DNA of 64,000 bases from Macrostomum lignano. Its lineage: Eukaryota. Of the stretch, positions 12,569 to 24,510 are shown in pieces (the stretch's first letter is position 1; each line of letters starts with the position of its first letter). The notes beneath the pieces were generated by a model. That model was not told the origin of the DNA. It made no database searches and saw only the letters and a program-made list of their open reading frames with translations. The stretch spans positions 186,001 through 250,000 of the forward strand of contig NIVC01001089.1 in the NCBI GenBank assembly GCA_002269645.1, given 5' to 3'. A program made the translations under genes and the position numbers.

Positions 12569-13144
12569 GGTTATTATAGCCTAGTGATTAAAGTGTTGGA
12601 CTTACAACATGAAAAGTTGGATGATCCCTAATCATACATGCGCAACCCCCCTGATTTACACTGGCTATGCAACTTACTTTTTGACCAAAAATGCAACTTG
12701 TGAAAAAACCCTAAAGCAAAATTAATGCAATTTTGGGTAAACAGCAAGAGTAACTATGATTGTCTTATCAGGCCTAAATGCCTCCGCAACTAATTAGTAC
12801 TACATCTGTATTTTTGGAGTGGCATTTTTGCAACTTACCCCTGGTCCACCACAATTTATGGTAGCTAGATCGGCCAGGTTAGCCAGCAGTTGCGCATGTA
12901 TGTCCCTAATCCCACTGAAACAATTTGTGTCCTTGAGCAAGACACTTAACTTTATATTACTTCAGTTCACCCAGCTGAAAAATGGGTGCCAGCATTAGCT
13001 GGGGAAATTGAAGGTGTGTGGCAACCCCCCAGTCCTTGTACTAAACAGCCATATGTAGCCTTCAGATATGCTGCACAATAGCTGCAACTGAGCTGTTGGT
13101 TGCCATCTGGCCCAATGGGGGCAGGTGTAATCAGTTACTATTAA

Positions 13145-13173
<29 letters not shown>
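12569..13173 (+). mobile_element. tRNA-derived CORE-like SINE, copy 1, split by a hAT MITE
   Basis: Degenerate head tagcctagtgattaaag (A box), body gtgtccttgagcaagacacttaac...cagctgaaaaatggg and an (ATT)n tail. Homologous to the copies at 26335, 36886 and 52971. Confidence 0.85.
12633..12902. mobile_element. hAT MITE, family B, 270 bp
   Basis: Perfect 14-bp TIR CATACATGCGCAAC / GTTGCGCATGTATG. Perfect 8-bp TSD tccctaat at 12625-12632 and 12903-12910. Confidence 0.92.
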
Positions 13174-13175
<2 letters not shown>

Positions 13176-13246
13176 GATTTTGGAAGTTTCATCATATTTC
13201 AAAAAAATTTCACTCTACTGCATGCTCTATAGTAAACTGCCACACT

Positions 13247-16200
13247 ATGTCTGGCCAACAATCAGAAGATGCCATACCAGTGCTATCAAGGCCTGATTTA
13301 CCAGGCAATCACACTGCCGCCATAGAGAGTCTACTGACCCACTATAGTAAAACATTTGACAATTCCAAACCGGAATTTGTTGCCAGAGCACCAGGCCGCG
13401 TAAATCTCATTGGCGAGCACATTGACTATTGCGGCTACTCTGTCCTGCCTATGGCCATCGATCGGCACATTCTTATTGCGGTTGGCTATCCTAGTAATGC
13501 GCGTAGCAACCAAAATGAACGCTCATCTTCAACACTGAGAATTTGTCATATCGATAGTAGTGATCGACCAGCTGCCACTGTCACATTTGGAGCAGACGGG
13601 GTGGCTGTAGATAAAGAAAACCTGGCCTGGCATCAGTATGTTCTGTGTGGATTTCGCGGCGTGCAAGACTACCTGTTGAAGGTGTGTTTCTTTTCTAAGA
13701 AGCATAACCTCTTGTGTTACATAAGTTTCATTTCATAATTTCCATAAATAATCCCAGGGAGGCGGATTTCCTCAGCTAGACATCAACCTCATGGTCACTG
13801 GCGATATTCCATCCAGTTCCGGTCTATCCAGCAGCAGCGCTTTAGTTGTCTGCTCCGCTTTAGTTGCTATGCGAGCCTACACTGGTAGTTTGAGCCTGCT
13901 GGATAGGCGGGGAATGGCTTCCCTGTGCGCCACTGCCGAGCGGTACATTGGCACAGAGGGCGGCGGCATGGACCAGGCCATCTCACTGTGCGCCAGGCCC
14001 GGCCAGGCTATGTGGATTAACTTCAAATCTGGATTGGAAACCCGACCGGTGAGAGGCGCCCGATTTCTGGCTGGTTGAAACAAAGCTGGAAGTGGGATTA
14101 TCCCGAGCGAATTATCCCGATCCAACCGGAAGTGGGATTTAGTGCCAAGAAAACCATCACGATTCAACCGGAAGTGGGATTTAGTGCCAAGAAAACCATC
14201 ACGATTCAACCGGAAGTGGGATTTAGTGCCAAGAAAACCATCCTGATTTAACCGGAAGTGAGATTTAGTGCCAAGAAAACCATCCTGATTTAACCGGAAG
14301 TGGGATTTAGTGCCAAGAAAACCATCCTGATTTAACCGGAAGTGAGATTTAGTGCCAAGAAAACCATCCTGATCCAGCCGGAAGTGGGATTTAGTGCCAA
14401 GAAAGACCATCCTGATTCAACCGGAAGTGGGATTTAGTGCTAAGAAAACCATCCTGATCCAGCCGGAAGTGGGATTTAGTGCCAAGAAAGACCATCCTGA
14501 TTCAACCGGAAGTGGGATTTAGTGCCAAGAAAACCATCCTGATCCAGCCGGAAGTGGGATTTAGTGCCAAGAAAACCATCCTGATTTAACCGGAAGTGGG
14601 ATTTAGTGCCAAGAAAACCATCCTGATCCAGCCGGAAGTGGGATTTAGTGCCAAGAAAACCATCCTGATCCAGCCGGAAGTGGGATTTAGCGCCAAGAAA
14701 GACCATCCTGATTCAACAGGAAGTGGGATTTAGTGCTAAGAAAACTATCCTGATCCAACCGGAAGTGGGGTTCTTGGCTAGGCTCTGATTCAGTCGGATA
14801 TGGTGATACTTTAAAGTTTGCGATATTAAAACTAATTTTTGCTGCCTTTGCAACCTAGGTAAATCTGCCACCAGGCTACAGCTGGGTGGTGGCTCACTGC
14901 GGTCAGGTGCTTAACAAGGCGGCCACCGACCAGTTCAATCAGCGTGTTGCCGAGTGCCGTCTCGCCGCCAGGTTGCTTAGCAAAAATACCGACTCTGCCA
15001 ATATGCGTCTGGTGGATGCGCAGGTAGGTAACCGCGCTTCCGGTACTGACATCCTCTCTTGCCGATACTGATATCCTCACTCCCCGATCCTGATATCCGC
15101 ACTCCCGATCCTGATATCCATACTCCCCGATCCTGACATCCTCACTCCCCGATCTTGACATCCCCAATCCCCGATCCTGATATCCGCACTCCCCGATCCT
15201 GATATCCATACTCCCCGATCCTGACATCCTCACTCCCCGATCTTGACATCCCCAATCCCCGATCCTGATATCCGCACTCCCCGATCCTGATATCCGCACT
15301 CCCCCATCCTGATATCCGCACTCCCCGATCCTGACATCCCCAATCCCCGATCCTGATATCCTCACTCCCCGATCCTGATATCCACACTCCCCGATCCTGA
15401 CATTCTCACTCCCGATCCTGATGTCTGCACTCCCCGATCCTGATATCCACACTCCCCGATCCTGATATCCACACTCCCCGATCCTGACATCCTCACTCCC
15501 CGATCCTGATGTCCGCACTCCCCGATCCTGACATCCCCAATCCCCGATCCTGATATCCGCACTCCCCGATCCTGACATTCTCACTCCCGATCCTGATATC
15601 CACACTCCCCGATCCTGATATCCACACTCCCCGATCCTGATATCCACACTCCCCGATCCTGACATTCTCACTCCCGATCCTGATATCCACACTCCCCGAT
15701 CCTGACATTCTCACTCCCGATCCTGATATCCACACTCCCCGATCCTGATATCCACACTCCCCGATCCTGATATCCACACTCCCCGATCCTGACATCCCCA
15801 ATCCCCGATCCTGATATCCGCACTCCCCGATCCTGACATTCTCACTCCCGATCCCTGACAACCTCATTCCCGATCCCGGGATGTGGAGCCTACCTGACAC
15901 TCTCACTCCAGATCCCTGACACCCTGACTTCCCAATCCTGACACCCTCACTCCCGATCCTGACATCCTAACTTCCCGATCCTGACACCCTAACTCCCGAT
16001 CCTGACACCCTCACTCCAGATCCCTGACACCCTGACTTCCCAATCCTGACACCCTCACTCCCGATCCTGACACCCTAACTTCCCGATCCTGACACCCTAA
16101 CTCCCGATCCTGACACCCTCCCTCTTGACCTTGACACCCTAACTTCCCGATCCTGACACCCTAACTCCCGATCCTGACACCCTCCCTCTTGACCTTGACA

Positions 16201-16854
16201 CCCTCACTCCCATCTTGTCTCCACCCTGACACCTGAACCTGACCTACCGAATCAATCGGAACTCCTCAGGATGCTCTTGGCGTGACCCAGCCAGGCGCCG
16301 CGGCCGATCTCGCAGCCCAGCGCCTTCGCGCCGAGCCACCCTACAGCCTGGCCGAGGTGGCGGCCGAACTGTCTGTTGAATCGTCAGCTCTGTCCGCCAT
16401 CTGCCTGACGTCAGAGGCTGCCAAACGGCTGGCCGGATTCCAGCTCCGTCAGCGGGCTCTGCACGTGTTCAACGAGGCCCAACGCGTGCTGGACTTTCGC
16501 GACGCTTGCGGCCGAGCTGGCAGCGGTGACAACGACAAGAATTTGGCTGCCAGGCTGGGCGAGCTGATGAACGCGAGTCACCAGAGCTGCTCGGAGCTGT
16601 ACAACTGCTCCTGTCCGGAGTTGGACCGGCTCTGCCAGATCTGCCGGGACGTCGGCGGCGCTCTGGGCAGCCGTTTGACCGGCGCCGGCTGGGGCGGCTG
16701 CTGCGTCTCGCTGGTGCCTGACAGCGGGGTTGAGAAATTCCTCAGCAGCGTCAGGGACGCCTTCGCTGGACCAACTGGACTGGTTAGCGGTCGGCCGTTT
16801 CTGGCCTTCGCTAGTTCGCCTAGCACGGGAGCCTACCTACTGGAGTTAAATTAA
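13247..16854 (+). CDS. GALK2: N-acetylgalactosamine kinase / galactokinase 2, GHMP family (491 aa). Exons 13247-13681, 13758-14048, 14859-15023, 16270-16854
   Basis: Motifs APGRVNLIGEHIDYCGYSVLPMAI, GDIPSSSGLSSSSALV, ERYIGTEGGGMDQ, FNQRVAECRLAA, LGELMNASHQSCSELYNCSCPELD and GSRLTGAGWGGC. Three phase-0 GT-AG introns. Confidence 0.95.
14122..14770. repeat. Minisatellite, 42-bp unit (about 16 copies) in GALK2 intron 2
   Basis: Unit ccggaagtgggatttagtgccaagaaaaccatcctgatttaa. Confidence 0.95.
15069..16235. repeat. Minisatellite, 21-22-bp unit in GALK2 intron 3
   Basis: Unit gatatccgcactccccgatcct, drifting to gacaccctaactcccgatcct at the 3' end. Confidence 0.95.
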
Positions 16855-17024
16855 CCGTCTGGTTGGGTGCTTTTCCTAAATCTGTACGGCTAGCTAACAG
16901 CATGGATTTCTGTGAGCAGTATGCTTCTAACACTACTAACTAAGTAGCTATAATATTATTGAGCAGATTTTTTTCTTTAAAAATGTTATTAAAAACGTTC
17001 AAAAATCGCCTTTGAACTTTTTCA

Positions 17025-18290
17025 AAAGAATCGCTTTTGAGCTGTCTCAGAAGAATCGCCCTTGAGCTGTCTCAGAAGAATCGCCCTTGAGCTGTCTCAG
17101 AAGAATCGCCCTTGAGCTGTCTCAGAAGAATCGCCCTTGAGCTGTCTCAGAAGAATCGCCCTTGAGCTGTCTCAGAAGAATCGCCCTTGAGCTGTCTCAG
17201 AAGAATCGCCCTTGAGCTGTCTCAGAAGAATCGCCCTTGAGCTGTCTCAGAAGAATCGCCCTTGAGCTGTCTCAGAAGAATCGCCCTTGAGCTGTCTCAG
17301 AAGAATCGCCCTTGAGCTGTCTCAGAAGAATCGCCCTTGAGCTGTCTCAGAAGAATCGCCCTTGAGCTGTCTCAGAAGAATCGCCCTTGAGCTGTCTCAG
17401 AAGAATCGCCCTTGAGCTGTCTCAGAAGAATCGCCCTTGAGCTGTCTCAGAAGAATCGCCCTTGAGCTGTCTCAGAAGAATCGCCCTTGAGCTGTCCTAG
17501 AAGGATCGCCCTTGAGCTGTCCTAGAAGAATCGCCCTTGAGCTGTCCTAGAAGGATCGCCCTTGAGCTATCTCAGAAGAATCGCCCTTGAGCTGTCCTAG
17601 AAGAATCACCCTTGAGCTGTCCTAGAAGAATCGCCCTTGAGCTGTCCTAGAAGGATCGCCCTTGAGCTATCCTAGAAGAATCGCCCTTGAGCTGTCTCAG
17701 AAGAATCGCCCTTGAGCTGTCTCAGAAGAATCGCCCTTGAGCTGTCTCAGAAGAATCGCCCTTGAGCTGTCTCAGAAGAATCGCCCTTAAGCTGTCTCAG
17801 AAGAAACGCCCTTGAGCTGTCTCAGAACTGAAAACCCACTTGAGCTGTCTCAGAAGAATCGCCCTTGAGCTGTCTCAGAACTGAAAACCCACTTGAGCTG
17901 TCTCAGAACTGAAAACCCACTTGAGCTGTCTCAGAAGAATCGCCCTTGAGCTGTCTCAGAACTGAAAACCCACTTGAGCTGTCTCAGAAGAACCGCCCTT
18001 GAGCTGTCTCAGAACTGAAAACCCACTTGAGCTGTCTCAGAAGAATCGCCCTTGAGCTGTCTCAGAACTGAAAACCCACTTGAGCTGTCTCAGAAGAACC
18101 GCCCTTGAGCTGTCTCAGAGCTGAAAACCCACTTGAGCTGTCTCAGAAGAATCGCCCTTGAGCTGTCTCAGAACTGAAAACCCACTTGAGCTGTCTCAGA
18201 AGAATCGCCCTTGAGCTGTCTCAGAACTGAAAACCCACTTGAGCTGTCTCAGAAGAATCGCCCTTGAGCTGTCTTAGAAGAATCGCCTCC
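17025..18290. repeat. Minisatellite, 25-bp unit (about 50 copies) with a 28-bp variant
   Basis: Unit gctgtctcagaagaatcgcccttga; variant gctgtctcagaactgaaaacccacttga. Confidence 0.95.
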
Positions 18291-19004
18291 AGCCATATTT
18301 ATTCAAACTTAATTTCTATTTTTTATATAATGCGGATTCCTATTCTGTCAGAGTGAGTCGACATTAAATATTGATTTTTTACAACGCAGTTTTCGGTGTA
18401 TTTTATTTGTTAATAAATATCGTGCATAGTTTTTGATCTAGTTCAATATATGGTGCCAATGTCTATTATTAGTAATCAATTTTCCACTCCTTATAATTAA
18501 ATTTTACCAACGCCTTTTAACACTTCTAAGAATAAATTTTTCCTGAACTTTAACGGCATTCTTGTTTAGTTAGACAAACTTACGTTTGTCTAACGTAATG
18601 GAAAAAAAGGTTTTTTTATAACCCATACTAGAAAATATAACGGTGATGAATTTTAATTAAACAGTTTGTGACATTTTTTATTTGTGATTTTATAGGGCCA
18701 ACCACCAAACATAGAGGCTTCTATGTTAATTTTTATTCTACGTAAAAATTGCACATGTCCTGTGCTTAAAAACTATTCAAATGGCACGGCTCAGCTCATT
18801 GGTTTTATAAATCTATTTTATCATTCTTAGTTGATTGTGGGACAATATTTAAAACAGAGATGATAATGATTTTTTCAGCTCTCCGCAATTAAATCTGGTC
18901 GAACGCTGCACACTCTACTGACCAGTGCTAGTAGTAGTAGTATAATTAGTGCTACTAGTCCGAGCTTTACCACCAGCGGCATCGTCAGTAGTTGCGGCAG
19001 CGGC

Positions 19005-19385
19005 ATGGGCAACAAGCAGAGCAGCGACGGCAAGTCCAATTTAACACCTTCCGAGTTCATCGTTGACACGGTGAAGCGCAACCCTGTAGTTGTGTTCAGC
19101 AAGACCACCTGTCCCCACTGCGTCCAGGTGAAGTCTCTGTTTGGCCAGCTGAAAGTGCCCGCTACTGTTATCGAACTGGACAAGCGTCAAGATGCTGACA
19201 AGCTTCATCCGGAGCTAATTAAACAGACCGGTGCCAGAACTGTGCCCCAGGTGTTCGTCTGCGGCCAACGCGTGGGCGGCGCCTCGGACACGATGTCCCT
19301 GCACAAGGCTGGCGGCCTCGAGGAGCTCATCGCCAAATGCTGGAAGCCGTCCAGGTGCGGCGAGTCCAAGTGCGATGGAGCCTGA
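19005..19385 (+). CDS. GLRX2: Dithiol glutaredoxin, GLRX2-like (126 aa from ATG 19005; a possible upstream exon 18781-18801 would add a presequence)
   Basis: VVVFSKTTCPHC active site, QTGARTVPQVFV cis-Pro motif and VGGASD. The MGNKQSS start resembles the MGN..SS start of vertebrate Grx2c. Confidence 0.88.
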   Translation: MGNKQSSDGKSNLTPSEFIVDTVKRNPVVVFSKTTCPHCVQVKSLFGQLKVPATVIELDKRQDADKLHPELIKQTGARTVPQVFVCGQRVGGASDTMSLHKAGGLEELIAKCWKPSRCGESKCDGA

Positions 19386-19517
19386 CATTATTATGGGATT
19401 GGACTGACTCGTATAGATGGAACTGCAGCATCTGATTCGTTGAGACTAGTCAAGCGCTTCTTTTAGTGGGATTATACGTGCGTAGATTGTCGGGAAGCTG
19501 AACAACAAATGTGCAAA

Positions 19518-19850
19518 TGTGTGAAAGTGCGCGTGTACTATTGTGTGAAAGTGCGCGTGTACTATTGTGTGAAAGTTCGCGTGTTCTGTTGTGTGAAAGT
19601 TCGCGTGTACTATTGTGTGAAAGTTCGCGTGTTCTGTTGTGTGAAAGTGCGCGTGTACTTTTGTGTGAAAGTGCGCATGTACTAGTGTGTGAAAGTTCGC
19701 GTGTTCTGTTGTGTGAAAGTTCGCGTGTACTATTGTGTGAAAGTTCGCGTGTTCTGTTGTGTGAAAGTGCGCGTGTACCTTTGTGTGAAAGTGCGCATGT
19801 ACTAGTGTGTAAAAGCGCGCGTGTACTTTTGTGTGATATGCGCGTGTAGT
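19518..19850. repeat. Minisatellite, 24-bp unit (about 13 copies)
   Basis: Unit gtgtgaaagtgcgcgtgtactatt. Confidence 0.92.
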
Positions 19851-20619
19851 TGCAAAAGCCGTGAATGTACTTCTGTTAAAAATGAGCGAAGTTCGTTTTT
19901 TGGAGGAAATTTCAACCAATCGCTTTCTGCTTTCACCTCAAGTGCTCAAATAGGTAAAGCAATTAACTAGTGCTTTTATTTGCTCGACAATATTTCAATA
20001 TTTTTCATTGTCAACAGAAGAGTTTCTAAATACTATTTGTTTTTAACTGATCTGTGCTCACTGAGCTCAGTTACTCTTGAAATCAGCGGCAATGTCAATC
20101 ATTGGCGCATATAAACATATCCTTATGTCAAATTGAACTGCGAACTTTGGTTGATTAAAATAGCTAATGAGTAATATAAAAATACACGGGCTGTCGTGGC
20201 GTTTGATATATTTTAATTGCCTATAATTTCACGGCGGATTCTGCGTGTTTATCTTCTGGCTCTATTTTTATTATTATTGCTAAGGTGGAACTTTGTAAAT
20301 TGTTTATTTTCTAGAAGTTTCTAACGGCTACCAGAAGGTTACTGAAGTTGTTTAATCTTCGCTGGCTACTGGTCTAATTTATGATTATTCTACTTGACTC
20401 TGCTTTTGGACGTTCGCTTGCATTTTTGGCAGAAGTGTTGCCTGCATCCGCTTCTCGGCTTCAGTTCGCCATGCGGGCTTCGTAGATGAAGATTGCTATT
20501 ACCAGAGTCTATCGCTTTGTCCGGCATCATCTAGCTGGCAATTTGACAGCCCGGATTTTAAATTTACCCCCAGTTGTCACACTGCACGTATCATGTGCGT
20601 TGCCTTTACATTCCGATGT

Positions 20620-23045
20620 GCCAGCCTCTTAGATCCTCAGTTGCTGAGCTGCCAGTCTCCCAGATCCTCAGTTGCTGAGCTGCCAGCCTCCCAGATCCTC
20701 AGTTGCTGGGCTGCCAGCCTCCCGTATCCTCAGTTGCTGGGCTGCCAGCCTCCCAGATCCTCAGTTGCTGAGCTGCCAGCCTCCCAGATCCTCAGTTGCT
20801 GAGCTGCCAGCCTCCCAGATCCTCAGTTGCTGAGCTGCCAGCCTTTGAGATCCTCAGTTGCTGGGCTGCCAGCCTCCCAGATCCTCAGTTGCTGGACTGC
20901 CAGCCTCCCATATCCTCAGTTGCTTGGCTTCCAGCCTCCCAGATCCTCAGTTGCTGAGCTGCCAGCCTCCCAGATCCTCAGTTGCTGAGCTGCCAGCCTC
21001 CCAGATCCTCAGTTGCTGAGCTGCCAGCCTCCCAGATCCTCAGTTGCTGAGCTGCCAGCCTCCCAGATCCTCAGTTGCTGGGCTGCCAGCCTCCCAGATC
21101 CTCAGTTGCTGAGCTGCCAGCCTCTGAGATCCTCAGTTGCTGAGCTGCCAGCCTCTGAGATCCTCAGTTGCTGGGCTGCCAGCCTCCCAGATCCTCAGTT
21201 GCTGAGCTGCCAGCCTCCCAGATCCTCAGTTGCTGGGCTGCCAGCCTCCCAGATCCTCAGTTGCTGAGCTGCCAGCCTCCCAGATCCTCAGTTGCTGAGC
21301 TGCCAGCCTCCCAGATCCTCAGTTGCTGAGCTGCCAGCCTTTGAGATCCTCAGTTGCTGGGCTGCCAGCCTCCCAGATCCTCAGTTGCTGAGCTGCCAGC
21401 CTTTGAGATCCTCAGTTGCTGGGCTGCCAGCCTTTGAGATCCTCAGTTGCTGGGCTGCCAGCCTCCCAGATCCTCAGTTGCTGGGCTGCCAGCCTCCCAG
21501 ATCCTCAGTTGCTGAGCTGCCAGCCTTTGAGATCCTCAGTTGCTGGGCTGCCAGCCTCTGAGATCCTCAGTTGCTGGGCTGCCAGCCTCTGAGATCCTCA
21601 GTTGCTGGGCTGCCAGCCTCCCAGATCCTCAGTTGCTGGGCCAGCCTCCCAGATCCTCAGTTGCTGGGCTGCCAGCCTCCCAGATCCTCAGTTGCTTGGC
21701 TGCCATCCTCCCAGATCCTCAGTTGCTGAGCCAGCCTCCCAGATCCTCAGTTGCTGGGCTGCCAGCCTCCCAGATCCTCAGTTGCTTGGCTGCCAGCCTC
21801 CCAGATCCTCAGTTGCTGAGCCAGCCTCCCAGATCCTCAGTTGCTGGGCCAGCCTCCCAGATCCTCAGTTGCTGGACCAGCCTCCCAGATCCTCAGTTGC
21901 TGGGCCAGCCTCCCAGATCCTCAGTTGCTGAGCTGCCAGCCTCCCAGATCCTCAGTTGCTGGGCTGCCAGCCTCCCAGATCCTCAGTTGCTGAGCTGCCA
22001 GCCTCCCAGATCCTCAGTTGCTGGGCTGCCAGCCTCTGAGATCCTCAGTTGCTGGGCTGCCAGCCTCCCAGATCCTCAGTTGCTAGGCTGCCAGCCTCCC
22101 AGATCCTCAGTTGCTGGGCTGCCAGCCTCCCAGATCCTCAGTTGCTGGGCTGCCAGCCTCCCATATCCTCAGTTGCTTGGCTTCCAGCCTCCCAGATCCT
22201 CAGTTGCTGAGCTGCCAGCCTCCCAGATCCTCAGTTGCTGAGCTGCCAGCCTCCCAGATCCTCAGTTGCTGAGCTGCCAGCCTCTGAGATCCTCAGTTGC
22301 TGGGCTGCCAGCCTCCCAGATCCTCAGTTGCTGAGCTGCCAGCCTCCCAGATCCTCAGTTGCTGGGCTGCCAGCCTCCCAGATCCTCAGTTGCTGAGCTG
22401 CCAGCCTCCCAGATCCTCAGTTGCTGAGCTGCCAGCCTCTGAGATCCTCAGTTGCTGGGCTGCCAGCCTCCCAGATCCTCAGTTGCTGAGCTGCCAGCCT
22501 TTGAGATCCTCAGTTGCTGGGCTGCCAGCCTCTGAGATCCTCAGTTGCTGGGCTGCCAGCCTCCCAGATCCTCAGTTGCTGGGCTGCCAGCCTCCCAGAT
22601 CCTTAGTTGCTGAGCTGCCAGCCTTTGAGATCCTCAGTTGCTATGCTGCCAGCCTCTGAGATCCTCAGTTGCTGGGCTGCCAGCCTCCCAGATCCTCAGT
22701 TGCTGGGCCAGCCTCCCAGATCCTCAGTTGCTGGGCTGCCAGCCTCCCAGATCCTCAGTTGCTTGGCTGCCATCCTCCCAGATCCTCAGTTGCTGAGCCA
22801 GCCTCCCAGATCCTCAGTTGCTGGGCCAGCCTCCCAGATCCTCAGTTGCTGGGCCAGCCTCCCAGATCCTCAGTTGCTAGGCTGCCAGCCTCCCAGATCC
22901 TCAGTTGCTTGGCTGCCAGCCTCCCAGATCCTCAGTTGCTGAGCCAGTCTCCCAGATCCTCAGTTGCTGAGCCAGCCTCCCAGATCCTCAGTTGCTGGGC
23001 CAGCCTCCCAGATCCTCAGTTGCTGGGCTGCCGGCCTCCCAGATC
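20620..23045. repeat. Minisatellite, 31-bp unit with a 28-bp variant (about 80 copies)
   Basis: Unit tcagttgctgagctgccagcctcccagatcc; the variant lacks 3 bp. Confidence 0.95.
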
Positions 23046-23814
23046 GTCAAGTTTGGCACCTAGCCTATAGCGTGTTTACGCAAATCCATCAGCTTCCAAC
23101 TGTAATAAGTTACCCAACTGATCCATCACAGTCAGGTGCATAATCGTGACGAATTTCCTTCTGCAAGGCGCACCTGTGCCGGATGTTGTTACAGCCGTCA
23201 AGTTTTTGGACCGGAAAGGGCCGAGATAAATATCGAGGTTGGGGCTGCACGGGTTTCCTAGCGTAGCCATGCGGCTTCATCGGCTGTGTTGTGTTATTTG
23301 GATAGGTACAATATGATTTACTTTGCGCGTCGCCTAGGCCTGTGCTTGACGGGGTAATTGTATTAATTATACAGTATAATAATAACACCAGGTATATTTT
23401 AACACAGCACAGAAGTTGAACAACTTTTGGAAGCCAAGGACTACTGAACTAACTAACGTGAACTACCCGCGAAAATCTAGCTATCTTTTTTTAAAGAAAA
23501 CATTTCTTATGACAGCGCAGCCTTGTATTTGCAACTGTGGGTTTAAATTGAATTTGTCATAATCCGAAGATTTAATACTGATCGCAATACTGTGTGCTTC
23601 GAATGCCGTTAGGAATATGGCATTAATGCATTGGTCTTAAAATTGTAACTTAATTAGCTTTGGTGGACTTTACATACGCACACGTGTACGCTTTCAAATG
23701 TATTGATATCGATGGAGATTGCAGCTTCCACTAAAAAGTCAAGGGAATTACATTCAAGGATAGCAGCTCCCACTGAAGGCCAGGGGAATTATTGTACATG
23801 TACATGCAGAGATA

Positions 23815-24510
23815 GTATTTCCAACTGAAGGTCAAGAAGGGGAATTACATGCAGGGGATAGCAGTTCCAACTGAAGGTCAATGGGAATTACATGCAGGGG
23901 ATAGCAGTTCCAACTGAAGGTCAATGGGAATTACATGCAGGGGATAGCAGTTCCAACTGAAGGTCAAGGGGAATTACATGCAGGGGATAGCAGTTCCATC
24001 TGAAGGTCAATGGGAATTACATGCAGGGGATAGCAGTTCCAACTGAAGGTCAAGGGGAATTACATGCAGGGGATAGCAGTTCCAACTGAAGGTCAATGGG
24101 AATTACATGCAGGGGATAGCAGTTTCATCTGAAGGTCAATGGGAATTACATGCAGGGGATAGCAGTTCCAACTGAAGGTCAAGGGGAATTACATGCAGGG
24201 GATAGCAGTTCCAACTGAAGGTCAATGGGAATTACATGCAGGGATAGCAGTTCCAACTGAAGGTCAATGGGAATTACATGCAGGGATAGCAGTTCCAACT
24301 GAAGGTCAAGGGGAATTACATGCAGGGGATAGCAGTTCCAACTGAAGGTCAAGGGGAATTATATGCAGGGGATAGCAGTTCCAACTGAAGGTCAAGGGGA
24401 ATTACATGCAGGGGATAGCAGTTCCAACTGAAGGTCAAGGGGAATTACATGCAGGGGATAGCAGTTCCAACTGAAGGTCAAGGGGAATTACATGCAGGGG
24501 ATAGCAGTTC
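23815..24510. repeat. Minisatellite, 43-bp unit (about 16 copies)
   Basis: Unit gggatagcagttccaactgaaggtcaaggggaattacatgcag. Confidence 0.95.

Noticed and set aside
14832-15906. Repetitive ORFs over GALK2 intron 3, and similar ORFs at 20593-23070, 34474-34884 and 40206-40852
   Set aside because: Minisatellite translation artefacts.
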